Both the position numbers and the translations under genes were made by a program. This document shows, in pieces, positions 1-12,750 of a stretch of DNA of 64,000 nucleotides. Within the stretch, counting starts at the first letter, position 1, and each line of letters opens with the position of its first letter. The DNA is from Escherichia coli (GTDB lineage Bacteria > Pseudomonadota > Gammaproteobacteria > Enterobacterales > Enterobacteriaceae), in the NCBI RefSeq assembly GCF_003334255.1, contig NZ_QOWU01000005.1, one strand, 5' to 3'. A model generated the notes under the pieces. The model saw nothing but the letters and a program-made list of their open reading frames with translations. It was not told the origin of the DNA and ran no database searches.

Positions 1-181
1 TCACTATGTGGTGCTCGGTTTTCGCTTCACGGTAGCGGAAGAAGAGCTGTTACTGCCGGATGAGCAGCATGACGATTACCGCTGGCTGACGTCGGACGCG
101 CTGCTCGCCAGTGATAATGTTCATGCTAACAGCCGCGCCTATTTTCTCGCTGAGAAGCGTACCGGAGTACCCGGATTATGA
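1..181 (+). CDS. gmm: GDP-mannose mannosyl hydrolase (NUDIX), 3' end only; start lies upstream of window
   Basis: In-frame C-terminal translation ...[29 protein letters not shown] ending in a TGA that overlaps the wcaI ATG; position upstream of wcaI matches the colanic-acid operon order. Confidence 0.6.
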   Translation, partial: HYVVLGFRFTVAEEELLLPDEQHDDYRWLTSDALLASDNVHANSRAYFLAEKRTGVPGL

Positions 182-1401
182 AAATACTGGTCTACGGCAT
201 TAACTACTCGCCGGAGTTAACCGGCATCGGCAAATACACCGGCGAGATGGTGGAATGGCTGGCGGCACAAGGTCATGAGGTGCGGGTTATTACCGCACCG
301 CCTTACTACCCGCAATGGCAGGTGGGCGAGAACTATTCCGCCTGGCGGTACAAACGAGAAGAGGGGGCCGCCACGGTGTGGCGCTGCCCGCTGTACGTGC
401 CAAAACAGCCGAGCACCCTGAAACGCCTGTTACATCTCGGCAGTTTTGCCGTCAGCAGTTTCTTTCCTCTGATGGCGCAACGTCGCTGGAAGCCGAATCG
501 CATTATCGGCGTGGTGCCAACGCTGTTTTGCACGCCGGGAATGCGCCTGCTGGCGAAACTCTCTGGTGCGCGTACCGTGCTGCATATTCAGGATTACGAA
601 GTGGACGCCATGCTGGGGCTGGGCCTTGCCGGAAAAGGCAAAGGCGGCAAAGTGGCGCAGCTGGCGACGGCGTTCGAACGTAGCGGACTGCATAACGTCG
701 ATAACGTCTCCACGATTTCGCGTTCGATGATGAATAAAGCCATCGAAAAAGGCGTGGCGGCGGATAACATCATTTTCTTCCCCAACTGGTCGGAAATCGC
801 CCGTTTTCAGCATGTTGCAGACGCCGATGTTGATGCCCTTCGTAACCAGCTTGGCCTGCCGGATAACAAAAAAATCATTCTTTACTCCGGCAATATTGGT
901 GAAAAGCAGGGGCTGGAAAACGTTATTGAAGCTGCCGATCTCCTGCGCGATGAACCGCTGATTTTTGCCATTGTCGGGCAGGGCGGCGGCAAAGCGCGGC
1001 TGGAAAAAATGGCGCAACAGCGTGGTCTGCGCAACATGCAATTTTTTCCGCTGCAATCGTATGACGCTTTACCCGCACTGCTGAAGATTGGCGATTGCCA
1101 TCTGGTGGTGCAAAAACGCGGCGCGGCAGATGCCGTATTGCCGTCGAAACTGACCAATATTCTGGCGGTAGGCGGTAACGCGGTGATTACTGCAGAAGCC
1201 CACACAGAACTGGGACAGCTTTGCGAAACCTTTCCGGGCATTGCGGTTTGCGTTGAACCGGAATCGGTCGAGGCGCTGGTGGCGGGGATTCGTCAGGCGC
1301 TCCTGCTGCCCAAACACAACACGGTGGCACGTGAATATGCCGAACGCACGCTCGATAAAGAGAACGTGTTACGTCAATTTATAAATGATATTCGGGGATA
1401 A
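178..1401 (+). CDS. wcaI: Colanic acid biosynthesis glycosyltransferase WcaI
   Basis: 407-aa ORF recognised as WcaI from its sequence; followed directly by cpsB/cpsG/wcaJ in the canonical order. Confidence 0.9.
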   Translation: MKILVYGINYSPELTGIGKYTGEMVEWLAAQGHEVRVITAPPYYPQWQVGENYSAWRYKREEGAATVWRCPLYVPKQPSTLKRLLHLGSFAVSSFFPLMAQRRWKPNRIIGVVPTLFCTPGMRLLAKLSGARTVLHIQDYEVDAMLGLGLAGKGKGGKVAQLATAFERSGLHNVDNVSTISRSMMNKAIEKGVAADNIIFFPNWSEIARFQHVADADVDALRNQLGLPDNKKIILYSGNIGEKQGLENVIEAADLLRDEPLIFAIVGQGGGKARLEKMAQQRGLRNMQFFPLQSYDALPALLKIGDCHLVVQKRGAADAVLPSKLTNILAVGGNAVITAEAHTELGQLCETFPGIAVCVEPESVEALVAGIRQALLLPKHNTVAREYAERTLDKENVLRQFINDIRG

Positions 1402-1403
1402 TT

Positions 1404-2840
1404 ATGGCGCAGTCGAAACTCTATCCAGTTGTGATGGCAGGTGGCTCCGGTAGCCGCTTATGGCCGCTTTCCCGCGTACTTTACCCCAAGCAGTTTTTAT
1501 GCCTGAAAGGCGATCTCACCATGCTGCAAACCACCATCTGCCGCCTGAAAGGCGTAGAGTGCGAAAGCCCGGTGGTGATTTGCAATGAGCAGCACCGCTT
1601 TATTGTCGCGGAACAGCTGCGCCAACTGAACAAACTCACCGAGAACATTATTCTCGAACCGGCAGGGCGTAACACTGCACCAGCCATTGCGCTGGCGGCG
1701 CTGGCGGCAACACGTCATAGTCCGGAGAGCGACCCGTTAATGCTGGTGCTGGCGGCGGATCATGTGATTGCCGATGAAGACGCGTTCCGTGCCGCCGTGC
1801 GTAATGCCATACCGTATGCCGAAGCGGGCAAGCTGGTGACCTTTGGCATTGTGCCGGATCTACCTGAAATCGGTTATGGCTATATTCGTCGCGGTGAAGT
1901 GTCTGCGGGTGAGCAGGATACGGTGGCCTTTGAAGTGGCGCAGTTTGTCGAAAAACCGAATCTGGAAACCGCTCAGGCCTATGTGGCAAGTGGCGAATAT
2001 TACTGGAACAGCGGCATGTTCCTGTTCCGCGCCGGACGCTATCTCGAAGAACTGAAAAAATATCGCCCGGATATTCTCGATGCCTGTGAAAAAGCGATGA
2101 GCGCCGTCGATCCGGATCTCGATTTTATTCGCGTGGATGAAGAAGTGTTTCTCGCCTGCCCGGAAGAGTCGGTGGATTACGCGGTCATGGAACGTACGGC
2201 AGATGCTGTTGTGGTGCCGATGGATGCGGGCTGGAGCGATGTCGGCTCCTGGTCCTCATTATGGGAAATTAGCGCCCACACCGCCGAGGGCAACGTTTGC
2301 CACGGCGATGTGATTAATCACAAAACCGAAAACAGCTATGTGTATGCCGAATCTGGCCTGGTCACCACCGTCGGGGTGAAAGATTTGGTGGTAGTGCAGA
2401 CCAAAGATGCGGTGCTGATTGCCGACCGTAACGCGGTGCAGGATGTGAAAAAAGTGGTCGAGCAGATCAAAGCCGATGGTCGCCATGAGCATCGGGTGCA
2501 TCGCGAAGTGTATCGTCCGTGGGGCAAATATGACTCTATCGACGCGGGCGACCGCTACCAGGTGAAACGCATCACCGTGAAACCGGGCGAGGGCTTGTCG
2601 GTACAGATGCACCATCACCGCGCGGAACACTGGGTAGTGGTAGCGGGAACGGCAAAAGTCACCATTGACGGTGATATCAAACTGCTTGGTGAAAACGAGT
2701 CCATTTATATTCCGCTGGGGGCGACGCACTGCCTGGAAAACCCGGGGAAAATTCCGCTCGATTTAATTGAAGTGCGCTCCGGCTCTTATCTCGAAGAGGA
2801 TGATGTGGTGCGCTTCGCGGATCGCTACGGACGGGTGTAA
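1404..2840 (+). CDS. cpsB: Mannose-1-phosphate guanylyltransferase (GDP-mannose pyrophosphorylase)
   Basis: 478-aa ORF with the N-terminal nucleotidyltransferase signature ([13 protein letters not shown]) and a C-terminal cupin-type region; 3 bp after wcaI. Confidence 0.92.
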   Translation: MAQSKLYPVVMAGGSGSRLWPLSRVLYPKQFLCLKGDLTMLQTTICRLKGVECESPVVICNEQHRFIVAEQLRQLNKLTENIILEPAGRNTAPAIALAALAATRHSPESDPLMLVLAADHVIADEDAFRAAVRNAIPYAEAGKLVTFGIVPDLPEIGYGYIRRGEVSAGEQDTVAFEVAQFVEKPNLETAQAYVASGEYYWNSGMFLFRAGRYLEELKKYRPDILDACEKAMSAVDPDLDFIRVDEEVFLACPEESVDYAVMERTADAVVVPMDAGWSDVGSWSSLWEISAHTAEGNVCHGDVINHKTENSYVYAESGLVTTVGVKDLVVVQTKDAVLIADRNAVQDVKKVVEQIKADGRHEHRVHREVYRPWGKYDSIDAGDRYQVKRITVKPGEGLSVQMHHHRAEHWVVVAGTAKVTIDGDIKLLGENESIYIPLGATHCLENPGKIPLDLIEVRSGSYLEEDDVVRFADRYGRV

Positions 2841-2841
2841 A

Positions 2842-3050
<209 letters not shown>

Positions 3051-3120
3051 GTAAATAATGACAAAAACAAAATTGGCCGTTTCGGTCAGGGCCAACTATT
3101 GCCTGAAAAAGGGTAACGAC

Positions 3121-4491
3121 ATGAAAAAATTAACCTGCTTTAAAGCCTATGATATTCGCGGGAAATTAGGCGAAGAACTGAATGAAGATATTGCCTGGCG
3201 CATTGGTCGCGCCTATGGCGAATTTCTCAAACCGAAAACCATTGTGTTAGGCGGTGATGTCCGTCTCACCAGCGAAACCTTAAAACTGGCGCTGGCAAAA
3301 GGTTTACAGGATGCGGGCGTTGACGTGCTGGATATCGGTATGTCCGGCACCGAAGAGATCTATTTCGCCACGTTCCATCTCGGCGTGGATGGCGGCATCG
3401 AAGTTACCGCCAGCCATAACCCGATGGATTATAACGGCATGAAACTGGTGCGCGAAGGGGCTCGCCCGATCAGCGGTGATACCGGACTGCGCGATGTCCA
3501 GCGCCTGGCTGAAGCCAACGACTTTCCTCCCGTCGATGAAACCAAACGCGGTCGCTATCAGCAAATCAACCTGCGTGACGCTTACGTTGATCACCTGTTC
3601 GGTTATATCAATGTCAAAAACCTCACGCCGCTCAAGCTGGTGATTAACTCCGGGAATGGCGCAGCGGGTCCGGTGGTGGACGCCATCGAAGCCCGCTTTA
3701 AAGCCCTCGGCGCACCCGTGGAATTAATCAAAGTGCACAACACACCGGACGGCAATTTCCCCAACGGTATTCCTAACCCGCTGCTGCCGGAATGCCGCGA
3801 CGACACCCGCAATGCGGTCATCAAACACGGCGCGGATATGGGCATTGCCTTTGACGGTGATTTTGATCGCTGTTTCCTGTTTGACGAAAAAGGGCAGTTT
3901 ATCGAGGGCTACTACATTGTCGGCCTGTTGGCAGAAGCATTCCTCGAAAAAAATCCCGGCGCGAAGATCATCCACGATCCTCGTCTCTCCTGGAATACCG
4001 TTGATGTGGTGACTGCCGCAGGTGGCACCCCGGTAATGTCGAAAACCGGACACGCCTTTATTAAAGAACGTATGCGCAAGGAAGACGCCATCTACGGTGG
4101 CGAAATGAGCGCCCACCATTACTTCCGTGATTTCGCTTACTGCGACAGCGGCATGATCCCATGGCTGCTGGTCGCCGAACTGGTGTGCCTGAAAGGAAAA
4201 ACGCTGGGCGAACTGGTGCGCGACCGGATGGCGGCGTTTCCGGCAAGCGGTGAGATCAACAGCAAACTGGCGCAACCCGTTGAGGCGATTAACCGCGTGG
4301 AACAGCACTTTAGCCGTGAGGCGCTGGCGGTGGATCGCACCGATGGCATCAGCATGACCTTTGCCGACTGGCGCTTTAATCTGCGCTCCTCCAACACCGA
4401 ACCGGTGGTGCGGTTGAATGTGGAATCACGCGGTGATGTGCCGCTGATGGAAGCGCGAACGCGAACTCTGCTGACGTTGCTGAACGAGTAA
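3121..4491 (+). CDS. cpsG: Phosphomannomutase
   Basis: ORF 3058..4491; start placed at the internal Met ([14 protein letters not shown]) from recalled CpsG length; phosphohexomutase active-site region TASHNP present. Confidence 0.92.
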   Translation: MKKLTCFKAYDIRGKLGEELNEDIAWRIGRAYGEFLKPKTIVLGGDVRLTSETLKLALAKGLQDAGVDVLDIGMSGTEEIYFATFHLGVDGGIEVTASHNPMDYNGMKLVREGARPISGDTGLRDVQRLAEANDFPPVDETKRGRYQQINLRDAYVDHLFGYINVKNLTPLKLVINSGNGAAGPVVDAIEARFKALGAPVELIKVHNTPDGNFPNGIPNPLLPECRDDTRNAVIKHGADMGIAFDGDFDRCFLFDEKGQFIEGYYIVGLLAEAFLEKNPGAKIIHDPRLSWNTVDVVTAAGGTPVMSKTGHAFIKERMRKEDAIYGGEMSAHHYFRDFAYCDSGMIPWLLVAELVCLKGKTLGELVRDRMAAFPASGEINSKLAQPVEAINRVEQHFSREALAVDRTDGISMTFADWRFNLRSSNTEPVVRLNVESRGDVPLMEARTRTLLTLLNE

Positions 4492-4545
4492 TGTCGGATC
4501 TTCCCTTACCCCACTGCGGGTAAGGGGCTAATAACAGGAACAACG

Positions 4546-5940
4546 ATGACAAATCTAAAAAAGCGCGAGCGAGCGAAAACCAATGCATCGTTAATCTCTA
4601 TGGTGCAACGCTTTTCAGATATCACCATCATGTTTGCCGGACTATGGCTGGTTTGCGAAGTGAGCGGACTGTCATTCCTCTACATGCACCTGTTGGTGGC
4701 GTTGATTACGCTGGTGGTGTTCCAGATGCTGGGCGGCATCACCGATTTTTATCGCTCATGGCGCGGTGTTCGGGCAGCGACAGAATTTGCCCTGTTGCTA
4801 CAAAACTGGACGTTAAGCGTGATTTTCAGCGCCGGACTGGTGGCGTTCAATAATGATTTCGACACGCAACTGAAAATCTGGCTGGCGTGGTATGCGCTGA
4901 CCAGTATCGGACTGGTGGTTTGCCGTTCGTGTATTCGCATTGGAGCGGGCTGGTTGCGTAATCATGGCTATAACAAGCGCATGGTCGCGGTGGCGGGGGA
5001 TTTAGCCGCCGGACAAATGCTGATGGAGAGTTTCCGTAATCAGCCGTGGTTAGGGTTTGAAGTGGTGGGCGTTTACCACGACCCGAAACCGGGCGGCGTT
5101 TCTAACGACTGGGCGGGTAACCTGCAACAGCTGGTCGAGGATGCAAAAGCGGGCAAGATTCATAACGTCTATATCGCGATGCAAATGTGCGACGGCGCAC
5201 GAGTGAAAAAACTGGTCCATCAACTGGCGGATACCACCTGTTCGGTGCTGCTGATCCCTGATGTCTTTACTTTCAACATTCTCCATTCCCGTATCGAAGA
5301 GATGAACGGCGTACCGGTGGTACCGCTATACGACACGCCGCTTTCCGGGGTAAACCGCCTGCTCAAACGTGCGGAAGATATTGTGCTGGCGACGCTTATT
5401 CTGCTGCTGATCTCCCCGGTGCTGTGCTGTATTGCGCTGGCGGTGAAACTCAGTTCGCCAGGGCCGGTTATTTTCCGCCAGACTCGCTATGGCATGGATG
5501 GCAAGCCGATCAAAGTGTGGAAGTTCCGTTCCATGAAAGTGATGGAGAACGACAAAGTGGTGACCCAGGCGACGCAGAACGATCCGCGCGTCACCAAAGT
5601 GGGGAACTTTCTGCGCCGCACCTCGCTGGACGAATTGCCGCAGTTTATCAATGTGCTGACTGGCGGGATGTCGATTGTCGGTCCGCGTCCGCATGCGGTG
5701 GCGCATAACGAACAGTATCGACAGCTCATTGAAGGCTACATGCTGCGCCATAAGGTGAAACCGGGCATTACCGGCTGGGCGCAGATTAACGGCTGGCGCG
5801 GCGAAACGGACACACTGGAGAAAATGGAAAAACGCGTCGAGTTCGACCTTGAGTACATCCGCGAATGGAGCGTCTGGTTCGATATCAAAATCGTTTTCCT
5901 GACGGTATTCAAAGGCTTCGTTAACAAAGCGGCATATTGA
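4546..5940 (+). CDS. wcaJ: UDP-glucose:undecaprenyl-phosphate glucose-1-phosphate transferase (colanic acid initiating enzyme)
   Basis: 464-aa ORF with N-terminal TM segments and a C-terminal bacterial sugar-transferase domain (PRPHAVAHNEQY...KPGITGWAQ). Confidence 0.92.
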   Translation: MTNLKKRERAKTNASLISMVQRFSDITIMFAGLWLVCEVSGLSFLYMHLLVALITLVVFQMLGGITDFYRSWRGVRAATEFALLLQNWTLSVIFSAGLVAFNNDFDTQLKIWLAWYALTSIGLVVCRSCIRIGAGWLRNHGYNKRMVAVAGDLAAGQMLMESFRNQPWLGFEVVGVYHDPKPGGVSNDWAGNLQQLVEDAKAGKIHNVYIAMQMCDGARVKKLVHQLADTTCSVLLIPDVFTFNILHSRIEEMNGVPVVPLYDTPLSGVNRLLKRAEDIVLATLILLLISPVLCCIALAVKLSSPGPVIFRQTRYGMDGKPIKVWKFRSMKVMENDKVVTQATQNDPRVTKVGNFLRRTSLDELPQFINVLTGGMSIVGPRPHAVAHNEQYRQLIEGYMLRHKVKPGITGWAQINGWRGETDTLEKMEKRVEFDLEYIREWSVWFDIKIVFLTVFKGFVNKAAY

Positions 5941-5941
5941 T

Positions 5942-7420
5942 ATGAGCTTACGTGAAAAAACCATCAGCGGCGCGAAGTGGTCGGCGATTGCTACGGTGAT
6001 CATCATCGGCCTCGGGCTGGTGCAGATGACCGTGCTGGCGCGGATTATCGACAACCACCAGTTCGGTTTGCTTACCGTGTCGCTGGTGATCATCGCGCTG
6101 GCAGATACGCTTTCTGACTTCGGTATCGCTAACTCGATTATTCAGCGAAAAGAAATCAGTCACCTTGAACTCACCACGTTGTACTGGCTGAACGTCGGGC
6201 TGGGGATCGTGGTGTGCGTGGCGGTGTTTTTGTTGAGTGATCTCATCGGCGACGTGCTGAATAACCCGGACCTGGCACCGTTGATTAAAACATTGTCGCT
6301 GGCGTTTGTGGTAATCCCCCACGGGCAACAGTTCCGCGCGTTGATGCAGAAGGAGCTGGAGTTCAACAAAATCGGCATGATCGAAACCAGCGCGGTACTG
6401 GCGGGCTTCACTTTTACGGTGGTTAGCGCCCATTTCTGGCCGCTGGCGATGACCGCGATCCTCGGTTATCTGGTCAATAGTGCGGTGAGAACGCTGCTGT
6501 TTGGCTACTTTGGACGCAAAATTTATCGCCCCGGTCTGCATTTCTCGCTGGCGTCGGTGGCACCGAACTTACGCTTTGGTGCCTGGCTGACGGCGGACAG
6601 CATCATCAACTATCTCAACACCAACCTTTCAACGCTGGTGCTGGCGCGTATTCTCGGCGCGGGCGTGGCAGGGGGATACAACCTGGCGTACAACGTGGCC
6701 GTTGTGCCACCGATGAAGCTGAACCCGATCATCACCCGTGTGTTGTTTCCGGCGTTTGCCAAAATTCAGGACGACACCGAAAAGCTGCGCGTTAACTTCT
6801 ACAAGCTGCTGTCGGTGGTGGGGATTATCAATTTTCCGGCGCTGCTGGGGCTGATGGTGGTGTCGAATAACTTTGTACCGCTGGTCTTTGGCGAAAAGTG
6901 GAACAGCATAATTCCGGTGCTGCAATTGCTGTGTATTGTGGGGCTACTGCGCTCAGTGGGTAACCCGATTGGCTCGCTGCTGATGGCGAAAGCGCGGGTC
7001 GATATCAGCTTTAAATTCAACGTATTCAAAACCTTTCTGTTTATTCCGGCGATTGTTATTGGTGGGCAGATGGCGGGTGCAATCGGCGTCACGCTTGGTT
7101 TCCTGCTGGTGCAGATTATCAACACCATTCTGAGTTATTTCGTGATGATTAAACCGGTGCTCGGTTCCAGTTATCGCCAGTACATCCTGAGTTTATGGCT
7201 GCCGTTTTATCTCTCGCTGCCGACGCTGGTGGTTAGTTATGCGCTGGGCATTGTGCTGAAAGGGCAACTGGTGCTGGGGATGCTGCTGGCGGTGCAAATA
7301 GCCACAGGCGTGCTGGCGTTTGTGGTGATGATTGTGTTGTCGCGCCATCCGCTGGTGGTGGAAGTGAAGCGTCAGTTTTGTCGCAGCGAAAAAATGAAAA
7401 TGCTTTTGCGGGCCGGGTGA
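5942..7420 (+). CDS. wzxC: Colanic acid repeat-unit flippase (Wzx family, MOP superfamily)
   Basis: 492-aa highly hydrophobic multi-TM ORF in the expected position after wcaJ. Confidence 0.9.
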   Translation: MSLREKTISGAKWSAIATVIIIGLGLVQMTVLARIIDNHQFGLLTVSLVIIALADTLSDFGIANSIIQRKEISHLELTTLYWLNVGLGIVVCVAVFLLSDLIGDVLNNPDLAPLIKTLSLAFVVIPHGQQFRALMQKELEFNKIGMIETSAVLAGFTFTVVSAHFWPLAMTAILGYLVNSAVRTLLFGYFGRKIYRPGLHFSLASVAPNLRFGAWLTADSIINYLNTNLSTLVLARILGAGVAGGYNLAYNVAVVPPMKLNPIITRVLFPAFAKIQDDTEKLRVNFYKLLSVVGIINFPALLGLMVVSNNFVPLVFGEKWNSIIPVLQLLCIVGLLRSVGNPIGSLLMAKARVDISFKFNVFKTFLFIPAIVIGGQMAGAIGVTLGFLLVQIINTILSYFVMIKPVLGSSYRQYILSLWLPFYLSLPTLVVSYALGIVLKGQLVLGMLLAVQIATGVLAFVVMIVLSRHPLVVEVKRQFCRSEKMKMLLRAG

Positions 7421-7436
7421 ATGGTTGTTTTCGGTT

Positions 7437-7730
7437 CCGGCAATAGTTGCCGGATGCGGCGTGAACGCCTTATCCGGCCTACGGCTCTGTGCTCGGGTCT
7501 TGTAGGTCTGATAAGACGCGTCAGCGTCGCATCAGGCACTGAATGCCGGATGCTGAATAAACGCCTTATCCGGCCTACGGTTCTGTGCTCGGGACTTGTA
7601 GGCCTGATAAGACGCGCCAGCGTCGCATCAGGCACTGAATGCCGGATGCGGCGTGAACGCCTTATCAGTCCTACGGTTCTGTGCTCGGACCTTGTAGGCC
7701 TGATAAGACGCGCCAGGCAAAAAGCGGCAA
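7437..7730. repeat. REP/BIME array: about three tandem ~100-bp units of palindromic REP sequences
   Basis: Repeated GCCGGATGCGGCGTGAACGCCTTATCCGGCCTACGG...GTAGGCCTGATAAGACGCG units between wzxC and wcaK; overlapping ORFs 7372..7764(-) and 7421..7783(+) are repeat artefacts. Confidence 0.7.
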
Positions 7731-7779
7731 CGAACACAACAAACACAGCCTCACCTGACATCAAATTTATGAGGAAAAA

Positions 7780-9060
7780 ATGAAATTACTGATTCTGGGC
7801 AACCACACTTGCGGCAATCGCGGCGACAGCGCCATCTTGCGCGGCTTACTTGATGCCATCAACATCCTCAATCCACACGCCGAAGTGGACGTAATGAGCC
7901 GCTATCCGGTCAGTTCTTCCTGGCTGCTCAACCGTCCGGTAATGGGCGATCCGCTGTTCCTGCAAATGAAACAACACAACAGCGCGGCGGGCGTTGTCGG
8001 GCGCGTTAAAAAAGTCCTCCGTCGCCGCTATCAGCACCAGGTATTGCTCTCGCGCGTCACCGACACTGGCAAGCTGCGTAATATCGCCATCGCCCAGGGA
8101 TTCACCGACTTCGTGCGCTTGCTGTCAGGCTACGACGCCATTATTCAGGTCGGCGGATCGTTTTTTGTCGATCTCTATGGCGTGCCACAGTTTGAACATG
8201 CGCTTTGCACATTTATGGCGAAAAAGCCGCTGTTTATGATTGGTCACAGCGTCGGTCCATTCCAGAATGAGCAATTTAACCAACTGGCGAACTACGTTTT
8301 TGGTCACTGCGACGCGCTGATCCTGCGCGAATCGGTCAGCCTTGATTTGATGAAACGCAGCAATATCACTACCGCAAAAGTCGAACATGGCGTCGATACC
8401 GCGTGGCTGGTCGATCACCACACCGAAGATTTCACCGCCAGCTATGCCGTTCAACACTGGCTGGACGTTGCCGCACAACAGAAAACGGTGGCCATTACCC
8501 TGCGCGAACTGGCACCGTTCGACAAACGTCTCGGCACCACTCAACAAGCGTATGAAAAAGCCTTTGCCGGGGTGGTCAATCGCATTCTCGACGAAGGCTA
8601 TCAGGTTATTGCGCTCTCCACCTGTACGGGTATCGACAGCTATAACAAAGACGACCGCATGGTGGCGCTCAACCTGCGCCAGCACATCAGTGATCCTGCC
8701 CGTTATCACGTAGTGATGGATGAACTTAACGATCTGGAAATGGGCAAAATTCTCGGTGCCTGTGAACTCACCGTCGGTACGCGCCTGCACTCTGCCATTA
8801 TCTCGATGAATTTTGCCACTCCGGCAATTGCCATCAACTACGAACATAAATCCGCCGGGATTATGCAACAGTTGGGACTGCCAGAGATGGCAATTGATAT
8901 CCGTCATTTATTAGACGGCAGCCTGCAAGCGATGGTTGCGGATACCTTAGGCCAGCTTCCGGCGCTGAATGCGCGACTTAGTGAAGCCGTCAGTCGTGAG
9001 CGTCAGACAGGAATGCAGATGGTGCAGTCTGTGCTTGAGCGCATCGGGGAGGTGAAATGA
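7780..9060 (+). CDS. wcaK: Colanic acid biosynthesis pyruvyl transferase WcaK
   Basis: 426-aa ORF in the canonical position; 4-bp overlap with wcaL. Confidence 0.88.
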   Translation: MKLLILGNHTCGNRGDSAILRGLLDAINILNPHAEVDVMSRYPVSSSWLLNRPVMGDPLFLQMKQHNSAAGVVGRVKKVLRRRYQHQVLLSRVTDTGKLRNIAIAQGFTDFVRLLSGYDAIIQVGGSFFVDLYGVPQFEHALCTFMAKKPLFMIGHSVGPFQNEQFNQLANYVFGHCDALILRESVSLDLMKRSNITTAKVEHGVDTAWLVDHHTEDFTASYAVQHWLDVAAQQKTVAITLRELAPFDKRLGTTQQAYEKAFAGVVNRILDEGYQVIALSTCTGIDSYNKDDRMVALNLRQHISDPARYHVVMDELNDLEMGKILGACELTVGTRLHSAIISMNFATPAIAINYEHKSAGIMQQLGLPEMAIDIRHLLDGSLQAMVADTLGQLPALNARLSEAVSRERQTGMQMVQSVLERIGEVK

Positions 9061-10277
9061 AGGTCGGCTTCTTTTTACTGAAATTCCCGCTGTCGTCGGA
9101 AACCTTCGTTCTCAACCAAATTACCGCGTTTATTGATATGGGCTTTGAGGTGAAGATTGTCGCGCTGCAAAAAGGCGACACCCAGAATACCCACGCGGCA
9201 TGGACGAAATACAACCTTGCCGCCAGAACCCGCTGGTTACAGGACGAACCTACGGGCAAAATAGCGAAACTGCGCCACCGCGCCAGCCAGACCTTACGCG
9301 GCATTCATCGTAAAAATACCTGGCAGGCGCTCAACCTCAAACGCTATGGTGCCGAGTCGCGGAACCTGATTTTGTCTGCCATTTGTGGTCAGGTCGCAAC
9401 ACCGTTACATGCCGATGTCTTTATCGCTCATTTTGGTCCAGCGGGGGTAACCGCAGCAAAACTACGCGAACTGGGTGTCATTCGCGGCAAAATTGCCACT
9501 ATCTTTCACGGTATTGATATCTCCAGTCGGGAAGTTCTCAACCACTACACTCCCGAATATCAACAACTGTTTCGCCGTGGCGACCTGATGTTACCGATAA
9601 GCGATCTGTGGGCCGGAAGGCTGCAAAAAATGGGCTGCCCCAGAGAAAAAATCGCCGTATCGCGCATGGGCGTAGATATGACGCGCTTTAGCCCGCGTCC
9701 CGTGAAAGCGCCCGCAACACCGCTGGAGATTATTTCCGTCGCACGCTTAACCGAGAAAAAAGGCCTGCATGTGGCGATCGAAGCCTGCCGGCAGTTGAAA
9801 GAGCAGGGCGTGGCATTTCGCTATCGCATCCTCGGCATTGGCCCGTGGGAACGACGCCTGCGCACGCTCATCGAACAATATCAACTGGAAGATGTGGTGG
9901 AGATGCCGGGCTTTAAACCGAGCCATGAAGTGAAAGCGATGCTCGACGACGCGGATGTCTTCCTGTTGCCATCGGTAACGGGCGCGGATGGCGATATGGA
10001 AGGCATTCCGGTAGCGCTGATGGAAGCGATGGCGGTCGGCATTCCGGTGGTTTCTACTCTGCATAGCGGAATACCGGAACTGGTGGAGGCCGATAAATCC
10101 GGCTGGCTGGTGCCTGAGAACGATGCTCGCGCACTGGCGCAACGACTGGCGGCGTTTAGCCAACTGGACACCGACGAACTGGCTCCTGTCGTCAAACGTG
10201 CGCGCGAAAAAGTCGAACACGATTTTAACCAGCAGGTGATTAATCGAGAACTCGCCAGATTGCTGCAGGCTTTATAG
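9057..10277 (+). CDS. wcaL: Colanic acid biosynthesis glycosyltransferase WcaL (GT4-type)
   Basis: 406-aa ORF with a GT4-like C-terminal motif ([20 protein letters not shown]). Confidence 0.88.
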   Translation: MKVGFFLLKFPLSSETFVLNQITAFIDMGFEVKIVALQKGDTQNTHAAWTKYNLAARTRWLQDEPTGKIAKLRHRASQTLRGIHRKNTWQALNLKRYGAESRNLILSAICGQVATPLHADVFIAHFGPAGVTAAKLRELGVIRGKIATIFHGIDISSREVLNHYTPEYQQLFRRGDLMLPISDLWAGRLQKMGCPREKIAVSRMGVDMTRFSPRPVKAPATPLEIISVARLTEKKGLHVAIEACRQLKEQGVAFRYRILGIGPWERRLRTLIEQYQLEDVVEMPGFKPSHEVKAMLDDADVFLLPSVTGADGDMEGIPVALMEAMAVGIPVVSTLHSGIPELVEADKSGWLVPENDARALAQRLAAFSQLDTDELAPVVKRAREKVEHDFNQQVINRELARLLQAL

Positions 10278-10287
10278 AGGAGAACGT

Positions 10288-11682
10288 ATGCCATTTAAAA
10301 AACTCTCCCGACGCACCTTCCTGACGGCAAGCTCCGCGCTTGCCTTCCTCCATACCCCTTTCGCTCGCGCACTTCCCGCCCGACAAAGCGTTAACATTAA
10401 CGACTACAACCCTCACGACTGGATCGCCTCATTTAAACAAGCCTTCAGCGAAGGGCAAACGGTCTTCGTGCCTGACGGATTGGTTTGTGACAATATCAAC
10501 ACCGGCATCTTTATCCCTCCCGGTAAAACGTTACACATTCTTGGAAACTTGCGCGGCAACGGCAGAGGGCGATTTGTCTTACAGGACGGCAGCCAGGTGA
10601 CAGGGGAGGAGGGCGGCAGTATGCATAACATCACCCTGGATGTGCGCGGCTCTGACTGCACCATCAAAGGTCTGGCGATGAGCGGCTTTAGCCCGGTAAC
10701 GCAGATTTATATCGGCGGCAAAAACAAACGGGTCATGCGCAACCTGACCATCGATAACCTCACTGTCAGCCACGCTAATTACGCCATCTTACGCCAGGGA
10801 TTTCATAATCAGATTATCGGTGCCAACATCACCAACTGTAAGTTCAGCGACTTACAGGGCGACGCCATCGAATGGAACGTGGCGATTAACGACAGTGATA
10901 TTTTGATATCTGACCATGTCATCGAGCGCATCAACTGTACCAACGGCAAAATCAACTGGGGAATCGGCATAGGCCTTGCAGGAAGCACTTACGATAATAA
11001 TTACCCGGAAGACCAGGCAGTGAAAAACTTTGTCGTGGCGAATATCACGGGATCGGATTGTCGGCAGTTGATCCATGTTGAAAATGGCAAACATTTTGTT
11101 ATCCGTAATATCAAAGCCCGCAATATCACGCCGGATTTCAGTAAGAAAGCAGGCATTGATAACGCGACAGTTGCTATTTACGGTTGTGACAATTTCGTGA
11201 TTGATAATATTGAAATGATTAATAGCGCCGGGATGTTAATCGGCTATGGGGTAATTAAAGGCAAATATCTCTCGATACCGCAAAATTTCCGAGTGAATAA
11301 TATTCAACTGGATAATACCCACCTTGCTTACAAATTGCGCGGTATCCAAATCTCCGCCGGGAATGCTGTCTCCTTTGTGGCGCTGACTAACATTGAGATG
11401 AAGCGTGCGTCGCTGGAGTTACACAACAAGCCGCAACACCTTTTTATGCGTAATATCAAGGTAATGCAGGAATCCTCTGTTGGACCAGCATTGAGCATGA
11501 ACTTTGACATGCGCAAAGACGTTCGCGGCGTCTTTATGGCGAAAAAAGAAACACTGCTGTCTCTTGCAAATGTTCATGCGGTGAATGAAAAAGGGCAAAG
11601 CTCCGTCGATATCGACAGGATAAATCACCATATTGTTAATGTGGAAAAGATTAACTTTAGATTGCCGGAACGGAGGGAGTAG
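10288..11682 (+). CDS. wcaM: Colanic acid biosynthesis protein WcaM (Tat-type signal peptide, beta-helix-like)
   Basis: 464-aa ORF with N-terminal [15 protein letters not shown] twin-arginine-like signal; last gene before galF. Confidence 0.85.
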   Translation: MPFKKLSRRTFLTASSALAFLHTPFARALPARQSVNINDYNPHDWIASFKQAFSEGQTVFVPDGLVCDNINTGIFIPPGKTLHILGNLRGNGRGRFVLQDGSQVTGEEGGSMHNITLDVRGSDCTIKGLAMSGFSPVTQIYIGGKNKRVMRNLTIDNLTVSHANYAILRQGFHNQIIGANITNCKFSDLQGDAIEWNVAINDSDILISDHVIERINCTNGKINWGIGIGLAGSTYDNNYPEDQAVKNFVVANITGSDCRQLIHVENGKHFVIRNIKARNITPDFSKKAGIDNATVAIYGCDNFVIDNIEMINSAGMLIGYGVIKGKYLSIPQNFRVNNIQLDNTHLAYKLRGIQISAGNAVSFVALTNIEMKRASLELHNKPQHLFMRNIKVMQESSVGPALSMNFDMRKDVRGVFMAKKETLLSLANVHAVNEKGQSSVDIDRINHHIVNVEKINFRLPERRE

Positions 11683-11856
11683 ATTTGCGACCATTCCTGG
11701 AAAAATGGAGCCATACTTAGGAACAATGCTACTGCAATCCACAACGAAGCGGCGTAACATCACAAGTAATTCAGTAATCAATTCAGGGTAATTAATGCTG
11801 GCGAAAAAAATCGAACAAGCTATAATTCAGCAACCATTTTACAGGTGGATGAAATA

Positions 11857-12750
11857 ATGACGAATTTAAAAGCAGTTATTCCTGTGGCGGGTCTTGGGAT
11901 GCATATGTTGCCTGCCACTAAGGCGATTCCCAAAGAGATGCTACCGATCGTCGACAAGCCAATGATTCAGTACATTGTTGACGAGATTGTGGCTGCAGGG
12001 ATCAAAGAAATCCTCCTGGTAACTCACGCGTCCAAGAACGCGGTCGAAAACCACTTCGACACCTCTTATGAATTAGAATCTCTCCTTGAACAGCGCGTGA
12101 AGCGTCAACTACTGGCGGAAGTGCAGTCCATCTGTCCGCCGGGCGTGACCATTATGAACGTGCGTCAGGGCGAACCTTTAGGTTTGGGCCACTCCATTTT
12201 GTGTGCACGACCTGCCATTGGTGACAACCCATTTGTCGTGGTGCTGCCAGACGTTGTGATCGATGACGCCAGCGCCGACCCGCTGCGCTACAATCTTGCT
12301 GCCATGATTGCGCGCTTCAACGAAACGGGCCGCAGCCAGGTGCTGGCAAAACGTATGCCGGGTGACCTCTCTGAATACTCCGTCATTCAGACCAAAGAAC
12401 CGCTGGATCGTGAAGGTAAAGTCAGCCGCATTGTTGAATTTATCGAAAAACCGGATCAGCCGCAGACGCTGGACTCAGATATTATGGCCGTTGGTCGCTA
12501 TGTGCTTTCTGCCGATATTTGGCCGGAACTTGAACGTACTCAGCCTGGTGCATGGGGGCGTATTCAGCTGACTGATGCCATTGCCGAACTGGCGAAAAAA
12601 CAGTCCGTTGATGCAATGCTGATGACTGGTGACAGCTACGACTGCGGTAAAAAAATGGGCTATATGCAGGCGTTTGTGAAGTATGGACTGCGCAACCTGA
12701 AAGAAGGGGCGAAGTTCCGTAAAGGTATTGAAAAGCTGTTAAGCGAATAA
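11857..12750 (+). CDS. galF: UTP-glucose-1-phosphate uridylyltransferase regulatory paralogue GalF
   Basis: ORF 11845..12750; start placed at [14 protein letters not shown] (nucleotidyltransferase N-terminus) from recalled GalF length. Confidence 0.92.
   Translation: MTNLKAVIPVAGLGMHMLPATKAIPKEMLPIVDKPMIQYIVDEIVAAGIKEILLVTHASKNAVENHFDTSYELESLLEQRVKRQLLAEVQSICPPGVTIMNVRQGEPLGLGHSILCARPAIGDNPFVVVLPDVVIDDASADPLRYNLAAMIARFNETGRSQVLAKRMPGDLSEYSVIQTKEPLDREGKVSRIVEFIEKPDQPQTLDSDIMAVGRYVLSADIWPELERTQPGAWGRIQLTDAIAELAKKQSVDAMLMTGDSYDCGKKMGYMQAFVKYGLRNLKEGAKFRKGIEKLLSE

Noticed and set aside
315-1317. Several 60-210-aa ORFs on both strands inside wcaI (e.g. 430..1056 -, 315..683 +)
   Set aside because: They lie wholly inside a well-supported gene in alternative or antisense frames and have Arg/Ala/Pro-rich composition typical of spurious ORFs in GC-rich DNA.
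2259-2729. 156-aa antisense ORF inside cpsB, and similar antisense ORFs inside cpsG (3724..4308), wcaJ (5326..6093) and wcaK (8125..8907)
   Set aside because: Antisense to recognisable conserved genes; no motifs; products of frame statistics.
7372-7783. Two overlapping ~120-130-aa ORFs with repetitive protein sequence (LIRPT...RIRR repeats)
   Set aside because: They are translations of the tandem REP/BIME repeats in the wzxC-wcaK intergenic region, not genes.
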